Source: Lingula anatina
Lineage: Eukaryota; Animalia; Brachiopoda
Direction of reading: 5' to 3'
Assembly: GCA_051362555.1 (NCBI GenBank)
Contig: CM120648.1
Coordinates: 9,854,587-9,918,586, forward strand
DNA: 64,000 bases
How positions within the stretch are numbered: position 1 is the first letter of the stretch; each line of letters begins with the position of its first letter. Under the pieces are notes generated by a model, which was not told the DNA's origin, did not search any database, and worked only from the letters and a program-made list of their open reading frames with translations. A program made the translations under genes and the position numbers. Positions 24,835-38,800 of this stretch are shown in pieces.

Positions 24835-25757
24835 ACCTACGTCCTTCTCAGCCTCCCTTAGGGCGGTGATGGTGGTGTCTGGATCCTGGACCTCGGTCTT
24901 GTCAAGAGAAACCACAAAGCAAGCCTTCTGCTTGGGGAAGATCATCACAGTCAGGTTCTGAAAAGAGTTAAAATAGGCAAGTTTGTAAGCAAAAGAATTT
25001 CATCACTTTGTTATCCCTTGAATTGACAATGATATGTTCTTCGAATTTACCTAGGCATGGTTCTTGTTAGATTATGACAATTGGAGTCATAATTTAAGAG
25101 TCACTATTTGAAGTTTGAAGTATTGCCGTAAAACACATTTGCAGTTTAACAATAAATAAAAAATATTATTCTCTTAGAGTATATTTTAGAAACAATACAA
25201 GTAAAAATGTGAGTACTTATTCATTTATAACTTACACAGTCATCATTGTTATTACTTTGGGTTCAGTGAACTCTAAATAAATAAATTCAACTTACGTTCT
25301 TGAAATCATGGATGAATTCGGACTCGTTCACATGGTTCTGTTGAGGGACGTAGTAACTGACCAGTTTCCTGCCCTGGTCAACCTTGACCTTTTTCTGGAC
25401 CAAGACGCCTTCCTCATGAGCGTGAACAATGAAATGCTGACGGAAAAAGTATTTATTTCATTGTACATGTTCTTGAAGCATTTGCAGAAATAGGAAAGGC
25501 ATTGAGGGTAGAGCTTAAGTGTGCTTGCTTAAGAACAACGAGACCGATTTTCTTTGACATTGCTTATAGAACTACCTGTATGACTGGCGCCATATAACAG
25601 CTAAATCTCCCGTGATATTTTGTTTACATTCATGCCATATCTGTATGTATCTGTAATAAGGTAATTCACGCAGTTGGATTTCCATTTGCAAGCGCGTAAC
25701 TACGAGCTTAGTATAGCTGACACCCGAAAGAGGGCAGGAACGTCTCGATGGTGATTA

Positions 25758-26510
25758 AGGCTCAGTCACAATGTCGGCCATCTGTCGGGGATTAGTTTTG
25801 GCCGGGGGTCGTCGTAGAAAATAAAGAATCCTTGAACAATCCTAGCAATAATCCTAATAAAAGTGGAGCAGTCACATTGTCTGAGATTTTTTCAAGGATT
25901 TTGACCCGGTTTTGTCGACAAATCGTGGGATTAGCCTCATGCAATCGGAGGCGATCGGAGACGATATCTGCGAGCGTCTTTTCTTGTAATTCCCCCCCCC
26001 CCTCCCTTTTCTCAAACTTTTAGCGATCCGGTCTGAGGCGCCCTTTGATACACGGCGATTTACTACGATTCCACCGTATGATTGGTCGGAGACGATCTCA
26101 TAAAGCGTACGAATCGTCGCACGGCGCCTCCGATTCAGTCGGAGGGCGCCGGAGACTACTCCAGATATTGAATCTCAACCTGATTTTTCAATCCCACACA
26201 GAATCTTACGACTAGTCTCAGATTATTTGGAGGACGCCTCCGATTAATCGGAGGGCATCGTAGGTCATCGGAGATTGTGTCTGGGATGCCCAAAATGGGT
26301 GAAAAATCTTACGAGCAATCTTAAAATTTTAAGTTCAAAGTTGGGGACCGCGACGGGTGTGGCGATTTCTAAAAAATCTGCGACAACCCGCAGGCGTCCG
26401 GAGAGCGCCTCTGACGGGTGCAAAATCGTGAGATCTGTCTCAGGATTTTGTTAACATTTCCCGGGTTTTACCCATCCCCGACGCATCGCAACTGATTTGT
26501 GACTGAGCCT
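25758..26510. mobile_element. PIF/Harbinger (Tourist-like) MITE, 753 bp
   Basis: TIR AGGCTCAGTCACA ... TGTGACTGAGCCT; TTA duplication at 25755-25757 and 26511-26513; empty site GATGGTGATTACTCAC in copy C (~39794-39809) and equivalent in copy E. Confidence 0.9.
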
Positions 26511-27049
26511 TTACTCACTTGCTTTCCAACGACTTGTTTCACTTTCATGGGTTTACTCTGCTTGTGCGGTGGTGTCACCGCGAACGCTGCGAAGACGCAA
26601 AGAGCAAGGACGATCAGAGACTTCATCTGAAAATAAGGGAGAGATTGTCTGTATAATACACTCTTGCTACAAATGATGGAATATTTAAAAAGATATGGAT
26701 ATATTCATTATTTCAAAGTTCACTGTGATAATTGTCACAAAACCTTTTATCTAGCACGTGTGACAGGAATGGAAATCCTAGAAATGGAAGTCCCTTATGT
26801 TCCATATGATTAGAATAAATTAGTATAAGTCGGAGTATTGGGATCAGAACATGCGAATGTCACCTGTACAAAGTAATGGGGGCGGCCTACGGTTTCTAGT
26901 TAACAACCAATCCTGTCACACCGGATGTAGTATGTACCAATAAACAATTTTCAAGTTACATCAGTCAAAAACAAATTCTTTAAATATGCAAGTCAGTTGC
27001 TTAGAGTTCTCCTCTCTGTATAACAGGTTTGAATTATCACTTGGACTCT

Positions 27050-27560
27050 TGTGACGCAGTCCATGGTGTTTGCCGTTGCAAATAAATTTTGTTTGCATGA
27101 AGCACACTTGAAGGGTGGTAATGCCTGATCCTTAAGCCCGAAGAACTCCATGTTTTATCTCAAGTTCGGAAAAGATTGAATTATGGGATTTTAGACCATG
27201 AGGTCAGTACCGTTGTCCCTGGTAGTGGTTCTGTCAAACTTTGGGTGGTCATTGCTTATGGAGGTGGTACGAATGGATGTTCCCCAGAGAAATCGTAGCT
27301 GCAGACGCATACGTCATGCAAGTTCTGGTGTCATATGTTGTCATATTCCGCAACCAATTTTGGTCGTAAGGTTCTGTTGCAACATGACAATGCTCCAGCT
27401 GATCGTGCTCGCAGAACACAGCAAATTGCTTAAAGGTACATACGAACCGAGCATCGGTGGAGTGTGGATTCCCAGTAACACATGTAAACCACTTCTACTA
27501 GATTCTTATATGACTCAAATAAATTCGACATGCCAAGGGAAAAACTGAATAGATCACTCC
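27050..27560 (+). mobile_element. Tc1/mariner transposase fragment (highly degenerate)
   Basis: Remnant motifs GSVKLW and LLQHDNAPADRARRT read in frames other than track ORF 27198-27548. Confidence 0.6.
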
Positions 27561-30073
27561 ATCAGCCATAAAAGACCTTTAGACTGCTCCTTTCTTTAAA
27601 TTTATGGTTGTAAATTTAACCTACTTCCGTGACCTACTTTCCTGCCCCATTGACATACAGCTTAAAATGCCAGCAGAAAAATCTGTTCAAACATCATTTT
27701 CGGGTAAAATTATACAATGCCTTTTGGCAATTCTCTTAGTTATACTACTTGAAACGATATGCTGGCATTTGGTTGGTTTTTGTGACAAAAAATTGACTTT
27801 GTATGCATCTTTAAAGTTCTCCGGCTTTTTCTCCTGATTTGAATCCCATAGAGCACTGCTGTGAGGAGGAGAAAGGCCCAGCTGACTACACTTGATAAGC
27901 TGAGTCAGGCTTTTGAAGAGAGGTGGGTTTAAATCAGCAAACGCTTTATCAAGAAGCTGCCAAAATTGGTTTATTCAATACTCGAAAAAGAGATGACGGC
28001 CCATGACGTCATCGTTTCGTTATATAGCTACGAGAGGTACTTACCTGTTCACTACATGTACAAGCACACAATCATCAAACATCAAAAGAAAATAATAAAA
28101 TAACGATATTCCAAGAAAGAATTACGAGGCGAATTTAAAAAAAAAAAAAAAAAAAGTACATTCTTCAATGATTGGAGTACTGGTGTCTTGAAATGGCCAC
28201 ATTGTTAAGGTGGGTAGAAAATCGGTATAGTTGAACTATCTCGTTTTCTTCAGCACATTATAATGTCCAAATATAAACATGAGCATGTGGGAATATTTAG
28301 TGTCTAAAAGCTCTCACGACAAAAATTAGTAACGTGATTTCGTCTTAACTTCCGTTTTTTCGTCTGTCACATGGTAACGCGGTGACACTGTATTCATGTT
28401 CTCTTGTCCTCGAAAACTCAATCATCGAAATCGAATGACATTTTTAGGTTCATCTTAAATTAAGATGCTACACTGTATTCGGTGCGTTTAAAAATTAACC
28501 GTCTGTAAAAAACGGCAATAATGGATTTCTCGCAACACTAACGTTATGTAACGTACAGAGACACAATGAAGCACCGAAAATAGGTGAAGAAAATGTGTCC
28601 CAGCAATTAGTGTTTGCCACTCATAATGCACTGTACTTTGTTTGAATAAGAAATAAACTATTTGTAATCTTAGGTTTCCCATTGCTCGTTATCAGAGTAA
28701 ACAGATTCCTTGTATGATTTTTTTCAGAATTCCAAAAGTGGATGCCTTGGTAGAGCACAGAGCAGATATCACCAGTGGTCCACAGATGTCAGAAAGAATG
28801 TTATAATATTGAACTTTGTGTTACACTGAACTTCATTTTGTTAAATTTTGTATTTAACTAAACTATTGTGTTAAAATAATAAAAAAGAATGATTGTAATC
28901 TGGAACATTCTTTAGATCAACTTTGTTCAGTGTGTGCCCCATGTAACAGAGTTACAGTAAACAAAATATGTGCATTATTCCTCTGTGTTTGTCAATTCCA
29001 ATTTAAAAGCATGTGAGAGTGATGTTCCCCTCATGACTGAAGTGTGTGTGGATAATAGCAAAAATATTGTTAACATTTACATGATTATCAAATTTTTTTG
29101 TTCCCGCGTCACTAGCGTTACCATGTCCCACATGTTCACTATTTTTATTAATTATGAAATGTGGATTGAATTCTTCAAAACCATTTTTAAAGCTTTGAGA
29201 TAACACCCCTTATGATTTAAACTAAAACTAAAAACATTCCATTAGACTTTCATTAGTTTGTGCAAAATATCTTACACAGGGTGACGCGTCTTGGATTTGG
29301 TGGGTATACAGGGTAGCTGTTCAACTTTCCTGTGTGCCCTAAAAAGGGCATCTGCTGTTTCCCTTTTCATGAAATGATAAACTGTGATGGTGTAGCTATC
29401 ACAATGCAAAATTACAGCTTCCCAGAGAACGTTTGAAATTTTTGGTCAAATTCAACATTTTGTAACCACTAGCAAAGACTGACAGATGTAGGTAATTAGT
29501 GTTCTCTGACCACCGGGTTTGTTGTAGTCTAGTCGGTTACAAATTGAAAAAAAGAAAATTAGTTTGAAAGTCATGAAATTTTGGATTTTTTGTGTTCCCC
29601 TTTCTAAGAACGATAACACAATTTTGAGTTACAAGAATATATGGGATTAGTACCTTTCGTTCATGAAGATACGTCTAACAAACTAAGAACTTTAGAGCGG
29701 GTTTATAGGTTGAAAAGTCATCAGTTTAGGATAGGGTATACATTAATGACAGCGCAGTTAAATTATTAAAATGATTAGAAAATTTTATTTTTTTTTTTGT
29801 TTTTGTGGCGGTCCAACGCGAATAAATAAATTAAAGAAGACACCGTCTGCAAAACAAAACGTTTTATTATTTGAAAAGAACAGGTCAAAATCAGGAATAA
29901 CGACATCATTGTTAGTAGATCGCTAACGAATTATTATCACATTCATTGGCTTATTTTGAAAGAAATGTTTGGATAACTACCGCAGAGTTTCTTTCCTAAA
30001 CAATTAAGATTCATCGAAGAGAATATATTTGAAGAAAACTACGTCTGAGTCTTTTATTTTATTGGTTCCAAAT

Positions 30074-33000
30074 TTACAGTCCACGGCAGTTTGGATAGGA
30101 AGATTTTGGCAGTGTGGCAAGGGCTTCGCTGCATTTGACGTGTCCGCCGGGAAATTTCATTGCTGGCAATGGAGGGTAGTACAGCTGGTGGTTCATGTCA
30201 CAGCATGGCTTGCATTGGTTGACGTTGACAAACTTGTGAACCTGGGGTGATAAACGATCGGAATAATTTTTAGAGAATGCATAAAATGTTGAAACAAATT
30301 TTGCAATTTTTCAGTGCCAAGAGTCTGTGGAAATTCTGTCCGCTACAGCACTTGAATTTCACATCTCTATGGCCCGTTTGTTTATTTAAATGCAATTTCT
30401 AAAATCTGTTTAAGTCCTGGATAAATGTACTGAAGTCCACCAATTTATTAGCGCCATCCGGTTTCTTTCCTTACGAATGAAATTCTTCACGCAGCATTTA
30501 TCTCAAAAAGTGACTAAAACCACAAGAGACCAACATGTAAAATCATGTTTCCCTAAAGTTTTTAGATATGAAAATCATGATTCTAGGACAATTCTCCCCC
30601 CACCCCGGACAATTACCCCCAAGACAACCCCCGGACGATTCCCAAGAAATATATATTAAAATACAAATATAAAGTTAATTAATATTAAATTCAAAACATT
30701 TCATCCAATTTATTAATATTTTTAGTGTGATAATACAGCTTCATCATTAAACAAATTACTTTATAAAAAATTCCTTTTTCGTTGAGTACAAGTGCAGAAA
30801 GTATTATTTAAAATCTAGTAAAAGTATAACTACCTTTCCTACAGGTATAGGTGGGGATATTTTATGAATATTTTCAGTGTGATTGGTAGTAGGTAGGTAA
30901 GTTGTAGTAAAGCAGTTAGGTGACAGATAATCAAAGGGATACCTAGATAAGCAGGAGTCTGTTTACCCCACCTCTCCCAGGAGATGCACCTTGATTCAAT
31001 GCTTAGGGGGTGGGGGGTAATGAAGCAATTAAACGTAACAATTAATTCATCGAAGGGTTACCTGAGAGGGAGATTATCTGTTTACTCCACTTTACCTGGA
31101 TATACAGCATTGGTCAAAAAAGTTGTCCCACCCCCATTTCCATGTACTTTTATTTACAAATGATCACCTCACAGCTGTAAATTGTTAGAAATAGTGCTTT
31201 TTATTACAGATACCGTGTCTAACATGATTAATGGTTTAAAAAATACAAAATAGTCGTGAAAATATACATATTTTATACCATTTAGTCAAATTTATAAGAG
31301 GTACCCCCTCACATCCACTGTTTCACTGTGACTTCTGTAGATGTAAAGAAATGTCTATAAAATTGAAAAGACGCCATCAAATGTCCCCAAATTCACAGAC
31401 AATTAGCATTAGGGTGTGCTCGTTAAAGATCGCGTGCCTAACAGCGTGTGCGTCTACCGCGTATGATTAGTTTTTGTTGGTGATCCGAATCAATAATCAA
31501 TCAATAATCAATAATAAAAAATATCGAAAATTTAGGAGTGAAACGGCATTGGATGGAGACTTTGCTGCCTTGGCGGAGGTCTGCACTCTCTGAGTGCTTT
31601 TCTAGTTTGTTTAATGGAATATTATATATTCTTCGGGGGGGGGGGGGGGGGGGGGGGTCGTCCGGGGGGAGAATTGTCCGTGAGGGATTGTTGGGGGGGG
31701 GTGTTGTCCTGATACCGAAAATCATCCCTTAATGATTAAGAGCCAAATGTTGCAATTTCCAGGATAAAGTTTAGATTTCTGCTATATAAGAGCCTGAAAG
31801 GCTGCTCGTGTGCCCTTAAATTCTTAACAAAAATAAAAAAGGTCCTCTTAACCTACCTCCATTTTCTTGCTACAGTCTGGCACGATCTCGTCAAATTTGT
31901 TGGTGGCAGTCTGGCACATGACTATGAACTGGCAGTGGCGGTTCCGGACAACACACTCTGGCTTCATGCACATGTTGCAAGAATCTTCCTGAATAATGGT
32001 CATGGCGGGGATTTCTCTCTTCTTACGGTTACCCTCTGCAAACAGAATTGACACAGTATTTAGTAAGAGACAAATGCATGTATAGGGGTGACCGGGGCTA
32101 GTTGCACCCCGGGGTAAGTTGGTCCCCCATCAATTTATGACAAAGTTACTATGGGGTAAATTTATTGATCACATCATTTTGTAAAGTGACCGTATCCAAT
32201 AGTGCTAAGAAAGCGTCGGCAGTGAGTCTAAATGAAATAATTTAGCATCTTAAAGTAAGTTTATTAAAGAGACTTGATGGGGGGCCAATTTACCCCCGGG
32301 GTCCAACTAGACCCGGTCTCCCCTATGCTTTGTTGCAGGGATCACATTTATCGTTGCTCAACCTACAACTGTCAGTTACAAAAAATGGCACTTGTAATAT
32401 ACAAACTGAAATGTAACAGATTTTGGTTAAAGAAAAGCTAGGAGGCGAATATTCACATGGCTCGACTGGTTCCATACGTTATCCCAGCAAACACATAACG
32501 TTATTATAACATTACCATAGTGTTAAATGGGTAAATTAACGTTATGATAACGTAATAATAGCGTTTTGTGTTTGTTGGAATTGTCTCAGTGCAGTGTCAA
32601 CTGTGTGATCACCCTTTTAGATATCAAAATATATAGTTTGGTTCTTACACATTTACACGTATGATAACTGATTCCACCGGTACTGTCATACCTCTTTCGT
32701 CAACGCTGAAGCTCTCCATCATCTTTTTAGCTCTGAATGTGGCGAAGTTCCTGCACTTGGGGATGAGATCCTCTGGCAGGAGGCTGTCTGGCTTCTGTGG
32801 GGTTCCCTCAATGCTGTAGTCGCTGGCCTGAATGCTGGCAACTGGCATGTCTCCCTGAAAAGAATATGGGAGGATAATCCAAACTTCTGATTTCTTAAAA
32901 CTTCTTAACACTATTTTAAAATAACCTTTGAAATGATTTTCAATGAGCATTTTGTTGCTTTTCTTTCAAAAATACAGTTTAAATGGCGAAATAGACAATT

Positions 33001-34113
33001 TTTCAATCCCTTTGCCTTCTTTTTGGAATAAAAATCTGTCCTTGGCCACGATTACTTATTTGTAGAGACAAATGTGCTTATATTTATGCCGTTCCTCCTC
33101 CAGGCCATTCTGTAACAGTCATTTCAATACCAGCAAACTGACGATAAATAGGCAAACAAACAAACAAACAGATAAAATAAATAAATAAATAAAAATTAAA
33201 CCTACGTCTTTCTCGGCCTCTTTGAGGGCGGTGACGGTGGTGTCTGGGTCCTGAACCTCGGTCTTGTCAAGAGGAGCCACATAGCAAGCCTTCTGCTCGG
33301 GGAAGATCATCACGGTCAGTTTCTGCAAGAAGCAAAAATTAAGTTTGTCAGCAAAAGAATTTCATCAGCTGTGTTATATTCTCACGGTAATAACAACCGT
33401 ATCTCCCCGAGAAAGTGTCTTATTAGGCTCTGACATATTGCACTGTTAATTGGAGTTTCGTTGTTGTTGGAAGAAACTACAATCGTTACTATACATTTGT
33501 CAATATAAAATGAATAAAAAAGTGTATTCTTTGTTGTGACATGAATATAATGAAGATAATGGAAACTCTACATAAATAAATAAATAAATAAATAAAAAGA
33601 AAATTTAAACTTACGTTCTTGAAGTCGTGGATAAATTCGGACTCGTCCACCTGATTGTGTTGAGGGACGTAGTAACTGACCAGTTTCCTGCCCTGATCTA
33701 CGTTGACCTTCTCTTGAACCAAGACGCCCTTTTCATGGGCGTGAACATTGAAATGCTGTCCAGAAAAATATACATGTGACTATACATTTGTAGCTGTTCC
33801 TTAAGCATTTGTAGAATAGAAAAGCTATAATTTAAGTTGACCTGCATTACAGAAACACTGAATTTTATTTGGTAGTGTTAATAAAACACTGGAGCACAGA
33901 GAACGTAGTGTCTCCTTTTTACAGTTTCACAATTTCCTTTCACAAGCGCGTTACCAAAGGCTAAGTACATCTGACAGCAGATACGCCTCAATGTCGATTA
34001 CTTACCTGCCTTCCAGGGATTTGATTCACTTTCATAGGTTTGCCCGGGGCCTTCGGTGGTGGAACGGCAACCGCCGCGACGAAAAAAAGAGCAAGAACAA
34101 CCACAGTCTTCAT
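30074..34113 (-). CDS. BRICHOS-furin-Cys-rich secreted precursor, copy B (291 aa)
   Basis: Exons 34113-34006, 33755-33615, 33322-33206, 32854-32692, 32035-31857, 30241-30074; all GT-AG, 876 nt, no internal stop. Signal MKTVVVLALFFVAAVA; BRICHOS hallmarks (IHDFKN, KACYV, PKCRNFATF); EGNRKKR; C-terminal domain with 11 Cys ending YPNCRGL*. Non-coding exon donor at 34677. Confidence 0.88.
30579..31716. mobile_element. Mutator-like (MULE) non-autonomous insertion, 1138 bp
   Basis: 9-bp direct repeat GAAAATCAT at 30570-30578 and 31717-31725; subterminal inverted GGACAATTCTCCCCC / GGGGGAGAATTGTCC; the homologous intron of copy E (~51910-51935) is empty. Confidence 0.75.
32085..32323. mobile_element. 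TA-flanked MITE (Tc1/pogo-type), 239 bp
   Basis: TA-GGGGTGACCGGGGCTAGTTG ... CAACTAGACCCGGTCTCCCC-TA; absent from the homologous intron of copy E (~52275-52290). Confidence 0.75.
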
Positions 34114-34676
34114 CTGGAATAAAATTAATCGAAATTTACCCAGTATATTTTCCTAAAATAGAAAATGGATAAAATTGATCTATTATATTTACTATCTTCC
34201 AAATATTCCATCATTATGGTATTTTGCTAAGGGATTGTAAACGATACCGTTATGTCTTTGAATGACTTTAAGATTCTTTTCTATATTACTTTAACACGTC
34301 ATTCGTTTTCAGCCATAAATTGTCATTAATTTTCCAAATATAATTACGAATGCTTTGGGTTTACAGCTAATTTTATTATTTTGAAGCAACTGATCTTTAA
34401 ATCTAATTTAATTTTGACATGCGCAAAGCTGCCAAAAACAAAAACACATTTTATAAGATTAAGTTCTTACAATAATTCTCTCTCCAAATTTAACAAATTC
34501 CTCTTGTGATGGCGTATATTGCAATGGCCACATAGTTAACATGTTTAAAAATAGAAAATTGCATAGTCTTTTTTATTAAGCACATTTATGACGTTCAAAA
34601 ATACACACAAGTATACCGGACTCTTCACTACTACCTATTTTCAAATGTATACACCCATGACAAAAATGATACCTAC

Positions 34677-35150
34677 CTCGGCACTCTGATTTAAGTCTTT
34701 TTAGTTTTACGCTTGGGTAGCAGTTGCTGAAGAAAGATCAATGGATGCCGTAGATTGAACGCCGAAAGTTTAAATATATACCTTGTACCAGGAAGACTTT
34801 TTAACCAACCAGATTCAAGTCCGGAACTACTCACCAAGGTTATCATAGGTGACATAACAAATGTTCTTGATATTGCGGTCTTATCGTCTCTTTTCTGAGA
34901 ATAGCTTCTATATCTGAATGACCAAATGTTTAAGCAAACGAAACGCACCTGGTGGGTAATAAAGTAAAGATAACGTCCCTTTATTTCTGTTGCAATACCT
35001 GTATACCAGGAAGCTTTAAGTTCAGCACCATGTTGATTTTCTAAAATTATACATGCGGTTAGTCGTCAATCACTTACGGGACACATGTACTAGTACCTCA
35101 CTGTATCTGGGTCGTTCGTACTCTTTGATCACAGGGGAAGCTGTAGTTTA
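34677..35150 (-). promoter_or_regulatory. Non-coding exon 1 and conserved promoter of BRICHOS copy B
   Basis: Donor GAG|GTAGGT at 34677; TATTTAAA on - at 34776-34769; upstream block alignable to those of copies C, D and E. Confidence 0.7.
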
Positions 35151-35877
35151 GCTTGTAATTTTATAAATGAAAGGAAACCGGCCAGTTTGTTCCTAAAATT
35201 TTGAAAATTGTCTCAGTTGTAAACGTTTCATAATCGACAATCAATGGCAAAACGCGAGAGTGCGCCGTGAACACGCCTTTTACACATCTGGCGTGGGCAC
35301 TTGCTCCTTCATTGCTTGCGACAAGCGTCTAAGATCACGTTTTTATTTTACGGCACCTTAAAATGGCACGTCTCACTTGCAAACTCAATGCAAACTCCTT
35401 GTGAGGGGAGCAAGTTACTGTGCACTTGCGGTTTCGCTGTTCGCCGAGAATTCTAGAGATTGTCGGGCATGTCCAACATCCTCCGTAACTACTTAATGTC
35501 GCAAGAAGGAATTACGTGGCACGTGCGTTTCTGCACACAGGGACCGTTGGAACTGAATATAAGTCGTATATGTGAAACAGAATATTCGTCATGTAAAAGC
35601 TTTTGACATCTGTAGAACGCATCCCGAAACAACAACCATCAAATACAATCAAGAACTGTTCAGATCGTGTCTAAAAGGAAATCGTGTTCTCTTTAATTAA
35701 CAGTGCGAATAAAAATGAACTTCATTATGGTAAATCGCTAACGATGTATTATCGTATCCATAGGCTCATTTTGATAGAAATGTCTACATAACTACCGTAG
35801 TGTTGTTTTTCCTTAACAGGATTTACTAAAGAGGATATTTGAAGAAAAGTATGTCTGAGACTTTTTTGGTTCCTAAT

Positions 35878-38800
35878 TTACAGTCCACGGCAGTTTGGAT
35901 AGGAAGATGTGGCCCTGTTAGCCATCATTTTGCTGCAGGTGATGTTTCCACCGGAATATCCAATTTGTGGCACTGGCGGGATATATACCTGGTGGTTCAT
36001 ATCGCAACATAGCTTACACCCGTTGACGTTGTAAAACTTGTGAACCTGGTATAATAAACAGTTGGAATAATTTTTAGAGAATGCATTAAATGTTGAAACA
36101 TATCTTGCAATTTATCAGTGCCATGAGTCTGTGGAAAATCTGCCCGCTGTAGCGCTTGAATTTCACACATACAATTATTAAGATCAATTTAGGTCCTAGA
36201 TGAATATACTTAAGTCCCACAGTTTATTAGCGGCATCATTTAAAACAGTATCTGATTTTTTTGGTAATGAATGAACTTCACCTTGCAATATCTATCTCAA
36301 AAAGTGACTCAAACCACAAGATACTCAAAATCGTGTGTCTCTGAAAAGGGTTTTGGATATGATAGTCACTCTTTGATTATTAAGAGCCAAAGGTAGCAAT
36401 TTCCACGAAAAATATAACAGTTATGCTATAGAAGTGCCCTAAATTTTGATAGTGGGCCTTTAAATTATTTTTACAATCGTCCTCTTAACCTACCTCCTGT
36501 TTTTTGGTACAATCTGGCACGGTCTCTCCCAAACTGTTGGTGGCAGTCTGGCAAATGACGGTGAACTGGCAATGGCGAGTCTGGACAACACACTCAGGCT
36601 TCATGCACATGTTGCAGGAATCATCCTCGATGACAGGTAAAGCGGGGATTTCTCTCTTCTTACGGCTGCCGTCTGCAAATTGAACTGACCATGGCCAGAA
36701 ATGTGCAGCATTTACGCGATACGCGAGGGCGCAACAGTAGGGCTTCACGTGACTCAACTAACCAATCACAGCATAAGAATGGCAACGCACACAGACTGTG
36801 ATAAGTGCTCAGCCCATTGTCAAGTAGTGTTACTTCATGGTAACAAGCGTCTGATATGTGCAGAGAAGTTTATTATTATAATATATATTGTTCTTATTGT
36901 TACATTATTAAATCTAACTCTGTATCCAAGTAGTAACTATACTGTACCAAGTCAGGTACTGATGATGTACAGAGGTCATATATTCCAGAATAAGCCATTA
37001 CCACTGATTTAAAACTTTCATTTTTGTTTAATATGTTATTCATGAAAGAGTTCATGAAAGATTATTTTATCTTGTTAAATCGTGATCTTATTCTTTTTAT
37101 ATTCAAATAATTGAATACTGTGGGTAAAATTGGTCTTCCACTTCTTATTTGCTTTTTTCCTTTACTACAAGATTATTTTGGAACAGTTGCAGCATTAAAA
37201 TGTTAAATAAATAGCAATCTGAAAGAAGAATTTTGCATAATTATTAAATGATGATAGGAATTTTGGATTAAGAGATTAGTTAAATACTGAGTAGTGATAT
37301 GGTCAGTCAATTAATGTAGAATCTGATAATATGATTGAAAATACTGATTGAATTCTTGGCCTTGCACTGGGCAGTTTTACATTTGTGCCAAGTGCTCTTT
37401 TTGGACTCCATTGTACAGTGGTAAAAAATCTTCAATTGCCATGAAATTTTTTAATCAGACTCTGTATGTTACTGCTATCAGCTGGTGCTATCGGCAACGA
37501 ATTAATTTCCCTTTGTTTCTGAGTGAATCTACCGTCTAAAATCACTATTACTGAAAATATTTGCGTTTTGCTGAGGGTAGTCTAGGCAATATACGGCAAA
37601 CTTCTTAGTACGTGTGTACAACAGAATTTTTTTAAAAACCCTAGCGATATTTGGTCAGGAGTTGCTTAAAGCATAGCACAACGTTGCTGTCTATCGGCAT
37701 CAGGCCGTTAGTTTGTCAATTCTCACGAATTACCCACGAATCGCGAACCCATTCATTTTTCTATGGCAATCTAGCAACTCATTAAAAATGCACGCATGCG
37801 CAGTGGGCTAGGCGTGACGCCATGCAGTGCATTTCTGGGGATGCAGAAAATAAAACCACAGCCATGTGGTGTGTGTGATACATGTGTGTGATATGATGCA
37901 GGATACACTTTAAACAATACTCACCTTACAGCTGCCGACAAAATAATGGTACATAAATACTAAATAAAAAAGTTTTTTTAAAAGGCGGGGATTTCCTACA
38001 GGAAACAAGCAGCCGGCGGGGCCGATCTAATGTGTTTTCCATACGCCATTTTCTCTGTGCAGTGTCATCGGTATTAAAACTCCTTTTGGATATCAAAATA
38101 AATATATAAATATAAACTGTTTGTTTCCCACAAAAAATTATTTTGCTGATTTCACCGGTGATATGTCCTACCTTTTTTGTCAACGCTGAAGCTCTCCATC
38201 ATCTTCTTAGCTCTGAAGGTGGCGAAGTTCCTGCACTTGGGGATAAGATCCTCAGGCAGGAGGCTGTCTGGCTTCTGTGGGGTTCCCTCAATGCTGTAGT
38301 CGCTGGTCTGAATGCCAGCAACTGGCATATCTCCCTGAAAATGTAAGTTTTGGGTAATTCAAAGGGTCGTCATTTCAGTCGATCTGATTACCCTGTAGGG
38401 TATTCAGCGCGTTATGTCGCCATACGCAGTAAATGCACAGAGTGTAAAATGCAAAGACCAACTGTTTTTGTAGATTTTAATTAGAAGCGACACAGATATA
38501 CTTGTTACATGTACATGTAACAACAGATATTTCTCTAAAGGCAAAGGCGAAGCAAGGGGTGGTAAATTGCCCGCTAGACAAAGAGTAGCCCATTCCCTAT
38601 TCTAGCTCATTCCCAAAATACAAGCGAAAATAGACAAAACCAAGCAAGTGCTCAACCGTCGTACGTTATATGTTATAATTATTACCCTTGTCATTTTATT
38701 GCAGGTTTATGGGGTCAACCATGTTTATCTTTTTGGCCCTACTACATTCGCATATTACTGGATCCACAAGCACTTACTGTGCGGAGAACAGTAATAATTA

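Larger units (their letters stand above)
22649..26626 (-). pseudogene. BRICHOS-furin-Cys-rich precursor, copy A (frameshifted last exon as assembled; pseudogene, divergent copy or homopolymer error)
   Basis: Exons 26626-26519, 25436-25296, 24957-24841, 23999-23837, 23528-23353, 22909-(22776 homologous stop / 22649 actual stop). MKSLIVLALCVFAAFAVTPPH...DFKN...KACFV...PKCRNFATF...DGSRRKR-EAPTVAIVEGDPCNICMKPVC... A 7-nt homopolymer at 22822-22828 is one base short of the paralogous frame, and I could not find the shared non-coding exon/promoter upstream. Confidence 0.7.

Noticed and set aside
36694-37839. Possible TIR element next to the exon-5 acceptor of copy C (CCAGAAATG...CATTTCTGG)
   Set aside because: The inverted match is short and imperfect and I could not identify a target-site duplication, so boundaries are unsupported.
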